Assembly (NCBI GenBank): GCA_013265495.1
Contig: MU058844.1
Coordinates: 4,827,535 to 4,891,534, forward strand
DNA length: 64,000 nt
Source: Vicugna vicugna
Taxonomy: Eukaryota
Direction: 5' to 3'
Below the pieces are notes generated by a model that was given only the letters and a program-made list of their open reading frames with translations, was not told where the DNA came from and did no database searches. Shown here piece after piece: positions 1 to 14,400 of the stretch (position 1 is its first letter; the number at the start of each line of letters is the position of its first letter). A program made the position numbers and the translations under genes.

Positions 1-808
1 ACTGCTACCCCGAAGATTGGAGTTTCAGACAGGTGAATACAAGGATGCCTAGCCTACTGGAGGAGAGAATCACAAGCAGAAACCACTATGGGAACCAATG
101 CCTGGATAGAGAAGCCTGAACAGTAGTTGGCAAATTGCTGGAGGCTCAGTGTGGACAACTCTGAAAGTTAAAAACTTCTGGGGGACCAAGTCATCAAGGG
201 GCCCCTAAGACCTAACTATATATTGTCTATAAAAACCCACTTTAATTATGAAGACACATACAAATTAAAAGTAAATAGAAGGAGAAAAATATGCTTTGCT
301 AACACTAACCAAAAGAAGCAGAAGTAACTGCCTTAATTAGAGACAGAGCAAAATTCAAAACAAGAAAATTTATTAGGGAGAAAGAAAGGCATTACATAAT
401 GATAAAGGAGTCAATTCATGTGCCCCCCACCAAAGCGTTAAACAATATGAGGCAAAAACTGATAGAACTGCAAGGAAAATATATGACTCCAGTATCATAG
501 CTGGAGAATTTATAACCACTCTGTCAGAAATGGACAGATCCAACAGGCAGAAAATCTGATGGAAATAGTTGAACTCAAGAATACCATCAATCCACTGGAT
601 ATAATTGACATCTATAAATGACATCATCCAACAAGAGCAGAATACACATTCTCAAGCTCACATGGAACAGTCACCAAACTAGGAAACATTTGGAACCATA
701 AAACAAATATTAACAAATTTAAAAGAATAGAAACATACTATATCTGCTCTCAGACCATGGTGGAATTGAATTAGATCTCTATAAAGATATCTGGAAAATC
801 CCCCAATA
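1..808 (+). mobile_element. Old L1 fragment (L1M-type): probable 5' region followed by decayed ORF2 endonuclease segment
   Basis: 230-790 reads as decayed L1 ORF2 endonuclease DNA (e.g. GGCATTACATAATGATAAAGGAGTCAATTC; AGCAGAATACACATTCTCAAGCTCACATGGAACA). Assignment of 1-210 to an L1M 5' region is less certain. Confidence 0.8.
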
Positions 809-2320
809 CATCCATATCTCGGAGATATTCTTGGTTCAGCTTCTCAGACCACTGTAATTAAGCTACTATTAGAATAAAGTGATTCACATGTTTTTTTGTT
901 TCCCAGAGCATATGAAAGTTATGTTTACACTACACTATAGTCTACTATGTGTGTAACAGCATTATGTCTGAAAAAACAATGTGTATACTTTATTTATTTA
1001 TTTATTTATTTATTTTTAGAGGAGGTGCTGGGAATTAAACCCAGGACCTTGTGCATGCTAGGCATGTGCTCTCCCACTGAGCTATACCCTCCCCACCATG
1101 CAATGTTGTTTGACAGCATTTTACCCACAGTAGAACTTCTTACAGACCAGAGTCAGTCTTCTGAAACCCTGCTGCTGCTTTATCAACTAAATCTGTGTAA
1201 TATTCCAGATCCCTTGTTGTTATTTCAACAATATCCACAGCATCTTCACCAGGAATAGATTCTACTTCAAGACATCCCTTTCTTTGTTTATCCAAAAGAA
1301 GACCCTCCGATCCATTCAAGTTTATCATGAGATTGCAGCAAGTCAGTCACATCTTCAGGTTCTACTTCCAATTGTAGTTCTCTTGCTATTTCCACCACAT
1401 CTGCAGTTACTTCCTCCACTGAAGTCTTGAGCTCCTCTAAATCATCTATGAGGGTTGGAATCAATGTCTTCCAAACTCATATTAATGTTGACATTTTGAT
1501 TTATTCCCATGAATTATAAATGTTCTTAATGGCATCTAGAATGGTGACTCCTTTCCCGAAGATTTTCAGTTGATTTTGCCCAGACCCATCAGAGGAATCA
1601 CTGTCTATAACTATAGCCTTACAAAATGTATTTCTTAAACGATGAGATTTGAAAATCAGAATTACTCCTTGAAGTATTAGCTGCAGAATGGACATTGGCA
1701 GGCATGAAAACAACATTAACCTTGCTGTACAGCTCCATCAGAGCTCTTAGGTGACCAGGTGTGATGTAAATGAGCAATAATATTTTAAAAGAAATCTTTT
1801 TTTTTTCCTGAGCAGTAGATCTCAACAGAGGACCTAAAATATACAGTAAACAATATTTTAAACCAATGTACTGTTATCCAGGCTTTGCTGTTCCATTTAT
1901 AGAGCAAGGCAGAATCAATTTAGCATAATTTTGAAGGGCCTAGGGTATTTGAAATGATAAATAAGCATTGGCTTCCACTTAAAGTTACCAGCTATGTTAG
2001 TTCTTAAGAGAGTCAGCCTATCCTTTGAAGCTTTGAAGCAAGTCACTGACTTCTTTCCAGCTATGGGAATAATAGCTGGCATCTTCTTCCAATAGAAGCT
2101 TTTTTCATCTACATTGAAAATCTGTAGTGTAGCCACCCTCATTACTTATCTTAGCTAGATCTTCTGGAGAACTTACTGCAGCTTCTATATCAGCACTTGC
2201 TGCTTCACCTTGCACTTTTATGTTATGAAGACGACTTCTTTCCTTGAATTTCATGAACCAACCTCTGCTCGTTTCAAACTTTCCTTCAGAAGCTTCTTCA
2301 CCTCTCTCAACCTTCATAGA
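809..2320 (-). mobile_element. Tigger1 DNA transposon (Tc1/mariner, pogo-like), 3' portion with transposase pseudogene
   Basis: TA followed by a TIR-like CATCCATATCTCGGAGATATT at 809. Minus-strand ORF pieces give [30 protein letters not shown] (CENP-B-type HTH), [15 protein letters not shown] and FKASKDRLTLL (DDE domain), broken by frameshifts. Confidence 0.95.
989..1094 (-). mobile_element. tRNA-derived SINE (camelid Vic-1-like) inserted in Tigger1
   Basis: Reverse complement reads GGGGAGGGTATAGCTCAGTGGGAGAGCACATGCCTAGCATGCACAAGGTCCTGGGTTTAATTCCCAG..., with A/B-box-like motifs and an (AAAT)n tail. Homologous to 58387-58544. Confidence 0.9.
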
Positions 2321-3010
2321 GAAAACTACAGACCAAGATCTCTCATAAATATAGATCCAAAAAGTCTTCAACAAAATTTTAGGAAATCAAATTCAACAAT
2401 GTATAAAAAGATCTGTATACCATGAGTAAGTGGGATTTATTCCAGGTATATCAGACCAGTTCAACATATAAAATTACTGTCATCCATAGCATCAACAAGC
2501 TAAAAAGGAAATATCACATGATTGTATCAGTAGATATACCATTTTACTTATAGTGTCCAAAAAGTAGAAACCACCTAAATGTTCATCAATTAATGAATAC
2601 ATAAAATGAACACATGAACAAAATTTAATACACTCATACAATGGAATGTTATTAAGCAATAAAATTAATAAACTACTGATACAAGGTACAACATGAATGG
2701 ACCTTAGAACATTCGCTGAAAAAACAGTCACAAATATCCACATATTGTATTATATGATTCTATTTATATGAAGTGTCCATATTAAGCCATTCTATAAAGA
2801 CCAACATTAAATTAGAAGTTACTTTAGAATGGGAGAAATGGGTGGGGGTAGGGAGAGTGGCTGCTGATGGATATGAAGTTTCTTTTGAGGACTGATGAAA
2901 ATGTCCTAAAATTAGATCATGGTGTTGGTTACACAGCTTTGTAAATACACTGAAAACAATTTTAAATGTGTGAGTTGAACAGTATGTTAATTATACTGTT
3001 GGAAAAAAAA
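2320..3010 (+). mobile_element. Old L1 ORF2 (RT) fragment followed by L1M-type 3' end
   Basis: GAAAACTACAGACCAAGATCTCTCATAAATATAGAT (ENYRPxSLxNID-like), then a typical L1MB/ME 3' UTR (AAACCACCTAAATGTTCATCAA...GATGAAAATGTCCTAAAATTAGAT). Confidence 0.8.
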
Positions 3011-4875
3011 GGTATAAAATCTTCAGTTGGTCCTGCTGAGTGATGAGTTAGATAATTATTTCAAATTCTTAAAAAAAATGAGTTCTACCATACATCCAAG
3101 TTGTAGAATATCAAGTATTATTCAGGAGTTCCTGAAACATGCTGGGTAAAAACAAAACATAAATTAAAAAAAAATTGGCAGTCAGATAGGCAGGATACCA
3201 CTCACAAAGTGCAAAAGGAAGGTAATAATGAACCTAGAATTCTGAACTAACCAAGCTGTCATTTAAAAATAAAGACAAAATAAATGCATTTTCAGGCATA
3301 GAAGGACTTAAATGTTTCCTACTCATAAAATTTTCCCTGAAGAATTACAAAAGGATAATATATATTCTCAAAAGTAATCTGGAGAAAAGAAGCTACATTA
3401 ATAAAGCAACTCTGAACCAAAATATTGGTAGATAATGGTGATAAAAATAAGCAATGAGTCAAAAATAATAGTCCCAGGAACGGAATAATGAGAAAAACAT
3501 GTCTATCACTGTAGGTATGTACATTTGAAAGAAGCTGAAAGAAGTAATAGATAATAATGAGGAAGTTGTGAGATGAAAGAGATGGAAGAGAAGTTAGAGT
3601 ATACTGCTTTCATTCTTTTATTGAGAAGGAAAATGGCCATGTTTTTAGACTTTTAAAATCTGGATTAAATATTGCTGTTAAGTTTAATAGACTTTTCCAG
3701 TAATGACAAATAATTCGTAAGAACCCTATCATTGAACACAACTAGAAGAATCAGAAAAAATGTGAAAGCAACAACAACAAATTAAAAAAAAACTCTTTGC
3801 ATTTGGTAACAAATTACTGGATAAAGAAGACAGAATTCCAGAGTGTAGGGTCCTATATTTCTTCTGTGGAGGCATTTACTGATTCCAGCAAGAGGCAGCC
3901 AAAAGTCTAAGAGACTGAACTCCTCATTTAGCAACCTATTGGGCTAGAAGGATAAAATTCAAAGATCAGGTTTCAAGACAAAATTCAGAGACACATGTTT
4001 TCTCCTCTAGACCCTGATGGGCTATAGTCTAGCAACAAAGGAGAAAAAGGCGAAGGTAGACTCTTGTGGGAACTTTAGCAACTTGTGGAACTGCAGCCAA
4101 ACTGTGTTATAAAAGGGACATTTGCTAAAAGAAATAAAAGCTGAACTGTGAAGTCTCCATTTTAAGAATATAGGGACTCTGTTTAGGGAAATATATTTTA
4201 GAGTGCTGTTTTTCAATTTCTCAGACTACAACCCCACAATAAATGTTACATTTTTCATTACAATCCAGTAGCATACACACATAAACCTTAAATTGACTTA
4301 TGATTCATGAAACATGATTTACACCTACTATGTATGTTATATTCTTACACCCTTTGTTTTTTCTAATTTTTTAATGCAAACAACTAAATTAGTTTTAGAA
4401 CCAACTGCTGATTTACAACCCACAGATTTAAAAACACTACAACAAATAATTTCTCACCCATGAGTATTAGAAAAGAGGCATCAATAAAGATAGTTATAGA
4501 AAAATATTTATGAATTAGGAACAAGTTAAATTGCATCAATATAGAAATGAGCTACATACTTTAAATATGTGCATTTTATTATACATGTTATACCAAAAGT
4601 GATGCAAATATGGAATAAAAGTGAGAAAAAACTATGTAAGTAAAATATAATTTTGAATGATAAAATATATTTTCCAAACTTGTAAGCCAGTGTATTTGAA
4701 AATTTCAAAAAGTGGATAAATTCTAGAAATACATAAATAGTATTAAAAAGAAGTACACAAGTATTAAAAAGAATATTTTTAATGAACCAAATCTTCCTGA
4801 GATTTAAAAAAATATTAATAATGCTAATAAAAACATATGCACTTGTCCTTGGTTTGGGTGTTCTTTGCATGAGGT

Positions 4876-4950
4876 ACTATCTCTGTCTGTCTGTCTATCT
4901 GCCTGTCTGTCTATCTATCTATCCATCCATCCATTTATCTATCATCTGTC
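4876..4950. repeat. Compound tetranucleotide microsatellite (TCTG/TCTA/TCCA)
   Basis: Directly visible tandem units. Confidence 0.85.
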
Positions 4951-5079
4951 TAATCCCTTGAGAAAAGATTAAGAGAGTGAGAGGGAAGAGAGGGCTATTC
5001 AGCTATTCAATACTTTTTATTAATCTATAATATTACTGATACCAAAGCAGAGTAGAAAGTGAACAGTATAATACAGTTA

Positions 5080-7470
5080 AAATGAAATAAATTGCTAATG
5101 GCTAGTGAGCAAATTGGAATATCAAATTAACTGTGTATTTAAATATATGCACATATATTTCATGATCAGATTGGTTTTATCCAAAGATGATTCGAATATG
5201 ATTCAAAATAAGAAACTATCATGCAGTGCACTGTGTTAATGGACTAAAGGAGAAAATTAAACTATTATCTCTGTTTTCAGAGGCAGCTTTTGATTAAGTT
5301 CAGTGCTCATTTATTATAGATGTTGGATGAGAATGTAAATTCCTTAACTAAGTGTCAACACACCAAAAGGCATACAGAAAACAGCATTCTCAAAATACTG
5401 TTATTAGATAACTTCTTACTAAAGTAAGTCTGTCTTCTTAAACATAGTCTTAGGAGAGCTACCCTATGTGGTAAGAGTTGAAAATTTTGAATTTATTAGG
5501 AAGATAAGGGAAAAATAATTTCAGTTTTGGTAGATAATGTAACTGTCAACAGGGAGAAGCACCACAATTAATTGCAAAGCTATTAGAAATAATTATATAC
5601 TTCAGCAGTGTTTTCAGAAAAAGATAAAACTACAAAATTTTAAGTCACTTTCAGTATCAGTGATAACAAACAAAAATAAATGTACAATTCACAATATCCA
5701 AGACATAACACAAAATAGAAAGTACTCAAACAATGCTTGAAAAAATATAATGCACAAAAATCTGTAGAGAATTGTTAAATTCTAACAGAAGACATAAAAA
5801 TATATGGGATGAATGGGAAGACATACCATGTTATTATTGAATCACTGAATATTGTGAATATAATAATTCTCCAAAACTGAATTTATAAATTCAATAAATG
5901 CTCTAAAAATTCTGGCAAGATTTTGACGTTAGAATAAATATTCCAATAGAAGAATCATGCTAATAAAAATCTGGAAAATATGAAGGATGAAGATTACTCT
6001 TATGAGATGTTAAGAGAGACTGAAAATTAAAAAATAAAAATTGATAAACTAATGGAATAAAATATAGAATTCAGAAACAAACCCATGCACAGGTGAGAAT
6101 TTGATATAAGATACACACATATAAATTAAGTAAGTTAGAAAATAATAGACTATTAAGTAAGTATTATTTTTATAAAAGAGGAGAAACTAAATTGGAGATT
6201 TCATTAACATGGTTTCAAAAATTAACTCCAAATGGATAAAAGTCCGAAGTTAAGAAGAATAATAAGATTAAGGAAGAAAACATAGAATACTTCTGTTACT
6301 TTGTAATGGTAAGATTCTTTTAAATAATACTCCATTATTTATTAATTACCCATTATAAGATATTTGAAAAAATAATAATAATAAACCTAAGGATTTCTGA
6401 CCAATAAAGTAATAAAGATATTATAAGGTGACAGATTGAACATATATTACTGATGGATTAACACCTACATTTTTAAAGGAATGTCTAGAACTCAATAAGG
6501 AAAAACCAGATAAATATTGTTGATAAGCAAGTAATAGAATGAGAAACCTGAATAAAAAATTATAAAAGAAGTGCTCAAGCTCTAAGAGAAATTAAAAAAA
6601 AAAACTAAGAAATGAGAAACATCTTTACTTCCATCAGACTTGGAAAAAAAATAAAATTGAAAATGACATCAATAGGTGGTATGATTACAAGAGAATAAGA
6701 ACCCTTGTTATTTTTCTAGTGAGGGAGTTTAGTGACCAAACCATTCAGAAAGCAGTCTGGCAAAACCTAATGCCAGTAATCAGTCACAGTACTTTAAATA
6801 TCCAGAAAAGCCACTCCTGTTTAACACCTGGTAGTAATTTGGGCTGGTGTACTAGAAGGCACTTTTCTGGGGAAAGCTCATCATTCTGGTGGCTAGGAAG
6901 TAGCAACAGGTGTGATAGCATTATCTGTTTATTTTCCTTCCCTCCCTAACCTCAACACAGCCTTCCTGGGGTCAAAGTATACTCCCCTGCACCACTGACT
7001 TTGCTTGAGCTCTGCAGAGATTTAATTGCTCTGCATATCCATATGCAGGAAATGTGTTGTAAATCACTGAGATTTTGTTTATTCTACAGCGTTACTGAAG
7101 AACAACCTCACTTAATACAATGAATAAATTGTGGGGTATACATAAGTTTGAATACAATATAGTAAGAATTAATAGTGATTTAGATTTTTAAAGTGCAAAT
7201 AGGATAGTTCTTAAAATATACTTTTGCATTACAAATAAAATTGTATTTATGGCAAAATATGTTTAAAATATTTCATATTCAAGTAAAATAAGAGAGAGGC
7301 TTTGCACAGAGTGATGCAGATAGTGTGTCATGAATCATACCTGAGGTCCAAATTCAATATACATATATAACAGATATAGCAAAATATTAACCATTATTAA
7401 TGCTGGGTCTTGAGGCTTGATATTTGTAATATTATTTTTATAACTTAATGTGTTTTTAAAGTATAAAAAT
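5080..7470 (+). mobile_element. Highly decayed L1ME-type ORF2 and 3' end, interrupted by an MLT1 remnant
   Basis: A-rich strand with collinear decayed ORF2 landmarks (ATGGGAAGACATACCATG, TGGAATAAAATATAGAATTCAGAAACAAACCCATG, TTAACTCCAAATGGATAAAA). Confidence 0.65.
6911..7119 (+). mobile_element. Internally deleted MLT1 (MaLR) LTR remnant
   Basis: TG...CA ends and an MLT1-like 3' end (TGTTGTAAATCACTGAGATTTTG...CTTAATACA). Confidence 0.55.
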
Positions 7471-8964
7471 TTACCTTTACTTTTTGTCATTCTAAAATCA
7501 CATAGGCATTAAAGTTTTCTTCTCTTTATCTCATACCTTCATACATTCATTGCTTAAATTTTTAAACTCATAATATTATAGTTCATTAGATTATTTTCCT
7601 GCCCTTAATATTCATCTAAAGGTGCCTGATAGCTCAGTTTCTGGCAGTATCACTTCTGCAGAAAGTGTTTTTTAAGTTGAACTAAATTGAGTTAGTTATG
7701 TATCATGATGTTCCTCTGATATATGTCAAATTAATAGCAAGTTTTTAGATTCAAAGGAAAAAGTAATTTCTCATAAATATGAATCTAGTAAATTTTATTT
7801 TAAAGTTTATATTCATTCTCTTCTACCATACAATGGTTTGTCTCTTCAGGCTGTACATATATACCTGATGATCTTCTCAACCGTCTAACATCAACTCTCT
7901 TCCAGCTGTCAACATAGTGAAATCTAGAGGTGACTTGTTCACCGTTTTACATTTAGAATCCAAAGACTGCTTGCCACACAGAGAGCACTGAATGCATATT
8001 TGTTGAATACATAAATGAATTATAATAGTTAATGGCAAAAATAACCAAGAGTAATAGAGTGGTTTATAGTATAGAAAGTTTTCAGTCATGTTGGTTATCA
8101 CTATAAAATTGCAAAGTGATTTTTACTACAGCCATTTTGCATCAAAGAAAACTGAGTGCCAGGAAGACTAAGTAATTTGCTTGAAGTCACTAGGTTAGTA
8201 CTTCAAAGATCTATCATGTGATTTTATGTCTTCTGATAACCAAGAGATCCTTAGATAATTTAAATGTATTTCATTCCTAATATAGAAATCCTCAAAGTAA
8301 TAAATAATGCATTACTCGAGAAAATGTCACATAACCGTTTCCAACTTTATCTTCTGCCCTTTTGTCTGTCCCTGAAGGTCACGTTTTACTCTTCCTTATG
8401 CCTACTATTAGAAGAAGGGAGCAACAAAAGATTGCAAATTGATTAGTAATAAGATTGTGGAAAGTTCTGTGATCCTTCATGACTGGTTAGACCCAAAGGG
8501 CTAATTTCAGCTTTGGAAAAAAATATATATATACATATACTTAGAAATGTAATAAAACCTTAATTGGGTAGAGAGAAATTATATTCAAATCAGAGAGAGA
8601 TTAGAAAAAATAATTGAACTTTTTGAAAAGAAAATCGTTTTTTTAAGTTCTTAAGTATAATGCCAAGTCAGTTGAGTTTTTCTTTTGTCATGACTATTAG
8701 AATAAAATCATAAAAGTAACATTTTTCCTGACATATTTGGAAGAAATAGTAAGTTCATAACATATACATGTTAATTATTAATATTCTTAATTGTTTTTAC
8801 TATTTAAGCAATTGAGCACACTTAAATATTTAAATATAACACTTAAATGTTATAGTCATATGAAATATTATAAATACATGCAATATGATAAACTGATTAA
8901 GAATAGACTTAAGGGAACTCCTTTCCTCTTGAAGAAATAGAGGCCTCATTAAATTGGCTTAATT

Positions 8965-9430
8965 CAGAAGTTTTTAATCTGAATGCTGAATATCTCTAAA
9001 GAGTCGATGGGCAAAATTTAAATAATCTAACAACTGAATGGAAAGAAAATTACGTCTTTATTTTCACTAGCCTCTACCTGAAATTAAGCTTTCCTTCAGT
9101 TGAGAATTTTGACAACCCCATAGTAGGATCAGCAGTACCAATCAGATATCTTCATATCTCATTGCAGTCATTAACAGATTAATCTTGAAATATTACTACT
9201 TTAAAATTATGGTAGTTATTAGATCCATTGCAAGATATTAATATTTAATGCATTAATCAGAAGTATATACATTAATTTACTGTATTACAATTAAAATATT
9301 TTAGTAGCTCTTTCAGTATACTTTTTTATAATTTTATATATTTGGTACATTTACATGATTATTCTGATTTGAATAAGTCTTTAAGCTTTACAGGCTATTA
9401 AAGAACTAAAACACTTTTTTCATGATATTT
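8965..9430 (+). mobile_element. MER113-like hAT/Charlie non-autonomous DNA transposon
   Basis: Matches recalled consensus blocks AAAATTACGTCTTTATTTTCACTAGCCTCTACCTGAAATT and AAATTATGGTAGTTATTAGA. Confidence 0.7.
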
Positions 9431-10589
9431 AACTCAGAAACACTAATATTTAACAGCTTAAAATAAATATATAGAAGAAATAAAATATATATTTATTAAA
9501 GTAAAACTATATCTTTTATAAAAATATTATCATGGCTAACATTACAGTCTACATCTATCCTCACATGGTGGCTTTTAGGACTTTTCAAAATATGATAGAT
9601 AATAGTTGACCTGTGTGTGTTGTTTAGGAAAAATTGCTTGAGGTTTTTTTTTTTTTTTTGTCTTTGTTTATAAAGAGTTGGCTACTGGGATTGGATAAAT
9701 GTTGGAAATTCCCAGTTGGTGGTGTTTTGGGCAAGAAGAAAGGCATATTTCATTTGTATTCCCCCAAAAGGATGGTAGTTCTAGAACTTTCCAACATTCA
9801 TTGGGCAGGAACTAGAGACAGTTATTTGGTGGGAGCTGTCAGGACTATTTACGAGTTGGAGCCCAGAAGTATATCCCAAACTCATTAAAACTTTTTCCAA
9901 GATCTCTGTGAAATGTGGTTTATTTGTCAGAAAAGGATGCAAGTAGATTGAAAAGACAGAAATTTCAGTGAAATTAGTTCTCCTTCTTTCTTCCAAGAAA
10001 TAAGCTAGCCATTTTGTAAGGTCTTAATAAATTTCCCCTTTCTTAAAGTCTCCAACAGAGGATGAATGGGGCAACATCACTGAAAGCCTTTTTTGGGATT
10101 TTCCTATTGATAATTCACTCTGAGTAGGAGCTCTGCATTCTTATTACATAACATTTCTTATCATGGCACAGATTTGCACCTGCACTGTAGCATAGCTCTA
10201 TGTCTTCAGATAACCAATAGGAACCTGATTTCTCTTCCAGAGAGTGCCTTAGTGTTTTAATGTATATGAGAAATACCAGGGAGAAAATTTACATCTAGCA
10301 GCAGTGAATGCTTCTTCATACTAAACGAGATACATATTTTCCTCCGCTTTTTTTTGCCAATATGATCAACATTTATTCAGGGAAAAACAGCTACCAGTCG
10401 TCACAAGGAATAAAGTAACACACACACACACACACACATCTCACACAAACAAACCCCATTTTCAAAGCTTACCATGTGGAGCATGATGTTAGTCCCTGGA
10501 GGTACAGACTGACAGGGGTAATACTACTGCCCTCTAAGGAACTAATTTTGATTACTTTGCAATAGATGCTATAATACTGTCCTGCCCCC

Positions 10590-11300
10590 AGCCCTGCCTT
10601 AAAATTTTATTATCTTTTAAGTCTGCACTAATCTACAGGCTCGCCCTTTATCCCTTTCTGTGATATACTGTTTGCCTGTTTCTGATTTCAAATTAATGGT
10701 GCAGTTCAAGATGTTATACAACCTGAGCTGTTTAACCTGTGGACTTCCCCATCGTCTAAATGTTGCTGATTGTAAACTCATTCTGCAGTTCAAGATGTAG
10801 TTCTTTCCACTATTTTTTCCCTCTGTATAAGCAGGTGAATTCAAAGGCTTGTTCAGACCTAGGTTCCATCCCTGGACAAGACTACAGGTAGTGGTGTGTT
10901 CTTTCATCAGGGGGAATATTATGTCCCCTTGGCCCTATTCTTGTGACAGTTGTAGCTGTAGATGGTCAGTGTTTAGATCCACTCATTCACTGAGGCTTCA
11001 AAGTGATAGTATTCTGCTTTAATGACTAAAAATATATCAGCTAGATATACTTCTATAAAGTGGTACTTCCTTTAAATTGTTATTTGGTTTGCCAGTGATA
11101 CAGCTCATATAAAAAAGGTAGGACATTCATGCCTGTTTTTTCCTCTTTATTTTCAATTGTCAGGACTGATGAATGAGTTTTCTTATTATTCTCCAAAATA
11201 AAAACTCATTAATTTAAAAGTTTTTGATGAATTACAATCCATTGCAATGATTTTCCTTATTGATGATCAAATTTTCCCTTCTTTGACCAATGGGTGCCTT
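10590..11300 (-). mobile_element. L1MC/MD-type 3' UTR fragment
   Basis: T-rich strand with L1MC4-like 3' UTR phrases (CAATCCATTGCAATGATTTTCCTTATTGATGATCAAATT). Confidence 0.6.
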
Positions 11301-11304
11301 TTAA

Positions 11305-11401
11305 TTTTAGACTCCAAGACTGTGGGAAATAAATTTTTGTTGTTTAAGCCACTCAGTCTACCATACATATTTTGTTTTGGCAGTCTGAGCTGACTAAGAC
11401 A
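11305..11401 (+). mobile_element. MaLR (MLT1/MST) LTR 3' fragment
   Basis: GACTGTGGGAAATAAATTTTTGTTGTTTAAGCCACTCAGTCT...GACTAAGACA is the canonical MaLR LTR end. Confidence 0.8.
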
Positions 11402-14400
11402 TCTTGAAACCAAAATTAACCTTCAGCTCAGTTCTTTATTGACCTCCAGTTCTGTTTTTCCATTTCCATGAGAATGCCATCTCCTTATTACCTTTCTTAA
11501 ATCTTTACAGTAACCCTCCCTCTTACTTGTGTTTTTTGGAGAAAAACTGATTTTTTTCAAAGTAAAACAAAACAATTTCAAGGCATGATATTAAATTCTA
11601 GTTAAATTGTTACAAACTAGATCTTTGCAGATATGTTAGATATAATGTAGAGACTCAATTTGTAAAATGACAATCAAAACCTTAAACAAAACAGTTTATA
11701 ATAACTTCCTTTTACATTTGACACAATTTCCTTATTTCTAATTATGTGGGCTCTTGTTTCAAATTTTTAGTGCTGTATGCTCGAGCAGATAAAACCTTAG
11801 TGATACTGAAATTGTTTTACCAATGTGCACAGTAAAATAATTACACTCTGGCTTAACTTGTTAAAAAAAAAAAGAGGATCCAGGTGGCTATAAATTTTTT
11901 ACATTTATAAACATATCAGGATTAAAACTGGCAGCTTGGTGAACTGTTCACAGATGTTTGGCACAAATGATAGGAGTTTACTTACCAGAATGAGGTGCAA
12001 AGTACAGAACCAGGGGCAGCACAACCTGGCACATTTCCTGGTATAACAGAGTAGGTCAAAGTGATGAAAATGCCCCGAGAGCCATGATGTTTTATAAAAT
12101 CATGTTTCTCAGGAACTTTAAATTTTTTCTTAGCTCCAGTTTAAAAAAAAAGTCAAGCAAATAGTATTTTTAAAACAAAATGTGCAAATGATAAAAATAC
12201 CAGAATTTGCATGTAATAGCAAAGCCTGCCCTTCTTTGTTAGTGCACTATAAAACTTGCAAGTACCTACATGATTATAATTATAAGGTATTGGTAACAGT
12301 TTTCATCTTTGAAACTTTTAAGTCCTTCCATGTGAGACAACATTTGATTAATCAGAGTTATTCAGGCTCTCCTTTATCAGGTCCTGCCAGGTTGATGCTG
12401 CCTCCTATCTTCTCTAAACCGCGCTGATCCTCCCTAGCCCCTCTCAGATTTGTCTTATAATGGTTAACGTTAGAGATCATCTCATCTCTCCATTTCCAGG
12501 CAGTACCCAAACCAGTATCCATGTTGATTCCTATCTAGAACCTCCAGCAGCTCTTAGCACAGAGTCCAGCTCGCAGTGGGCACTGTGTGTAGTGCTGATG
12601 TGCACACTGTCTGATGAATGTAATTTTCTTCTAGGTAAATTCTCTACCTACTTTGATAATAAGAATCTTGAGTGTGTTCATTAGATAGTATACAGTCAGC
12701 CCAGACAATCTGTCTATTAAATGGTTGTTTTATGTCTCTTAAGTTTAAGGTCAGTTGTTATACACCCCTAACAACTGGAACAGAAGATATTGTTGGGAGG
12801 AAGCAAAATTATTCAATTCCTTATTAATTAAATGCTTAATTGAAATATTTGAAATGTACAAATTAGAATTTGTACATTTAAAGGAAATTTTAACCATTTC
12901 AGAGATACATATAATTGAAAGTCTACTTTCCCTAAAAATAAATTAAAATTCATTTCTTGTTGAGAGTGATACAAAGATTCTTAAAACAAATTACATAATT
13001 ATGTACATCAATTACATAATGTACAGACCTCACAGTGATTAGAATGTCAATGGACTATTAACTTCACTGCTAATGCCATTGATTAAAGTGAAGTAATGGG
13101 ATAGGCTACTACTGAAGAAGTTGATGTATAAAATATTGGAAGGTAACACTTGGTGTTTTACACCTATCTCTCTCTCTATCTACATATATAGATATATATT
13201 TGTGTGTATGTGTATATATATATATACACATATATATGTAAGTTGAGATATATTATCCCTACTTGCTTAATTGCTTGTGGCTATATATGACTTAAAGTTA
13301 CTTGGCAAAATGGGGGTCTCATTACAATGAAGGAATTCAAGAGATCTGGAGAAAGTCCAGGTCCCATAAAATATAATATGAAAATTCTTAAGCTTTGAAC
13401 TGATGTTGAATGACATAAACACCCTAGAATTTATGCATTCTCACAAGAGTACCACTATAACATAATTCATCTTGACACATCATCAGCTAGTCAAATTAAA
13501 TGCATCAAACACAAGGAGTTACAAGAAAAGCAATGTACAACATAGTCCATATTGTAGTGGGCATTTATCCTATCGTTTAATGTGAAGGCGATCTTTATAC
13601 TATATAAGAACCACTGTGGTTGCTTTCTCTCTGACTTCTGTACTTTTTAAAATTGACTTCAAAGTATCTGTTCTTTTTATATAAAAATTTACCAATCTGT
13701 TATAAAACCATATGAAAAGTAGATGACACTTATTTCATAGATTAACCTAAAGTCAAATGTGTTTTAATAAAGTATTTATAATTTTAAAGTATTTATAAAT
13801 AAAATAAAGTATATCATATATTGAAACTCCATTAACATATTAAAAGGTTGTTAAATAGTGTTGGAAAAGCAATAAGATTGGTGCAAATTACTGTTAAAAA
13901 TGTTGGTACAAGTGAAAATTAATATTCTTTATTGCTCTTTTAAAATTTATGTAGTAGGATGAATTTGTATTTCTCTTTCAAAAAAAGAAAAAATCAGTCT
14001 GTTTTTAGGTTTTCCAGTTATTTCTTAAAATCAGAAATTTATTTTTATGAAATATAACAAACCTTTGTGGTATTTTTCTAATTACTATTTCATAGGTAGG
14101 TAAATTTTGGTACTAACATTACTAATATTTTGATATCTTTGAGAATATAATACGACAGGGTAAGTTATATATAGTTATTTATGTTAATTCAGTGATTTAA
14201 TATAATTGAATCAAGTTAAGCTGTGCAAATCTTAAAAGTCAGCTAAAGTTGCCCTATTCTTTCACACAGAAATGCAGACACACACACACACACACAAATT
14301 GTAGCATCCTAAACCACATCCCTGTTCAGTGACCTTCCCCAGGTTTTAGTAAATTCTCTGAGGCTTACAATTTCAAGGCACATTTGGCTTCCAAGTTTCT

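Noticed and set aside
4200..4440. Possible hAT-type MITE
   Set aside because: Ends are suggestive but too decayed to assign a family or boundaries.
10328..10440. Poly-T plus TTTATT suggesting a minus-strand retrocopy 3' end or poly(A) site
   Set aside because: Only 8 T, no convincing TSD, no recognisable parent, and it adjoins an L2-like antisense tail that carries the same CATTTATT motif.
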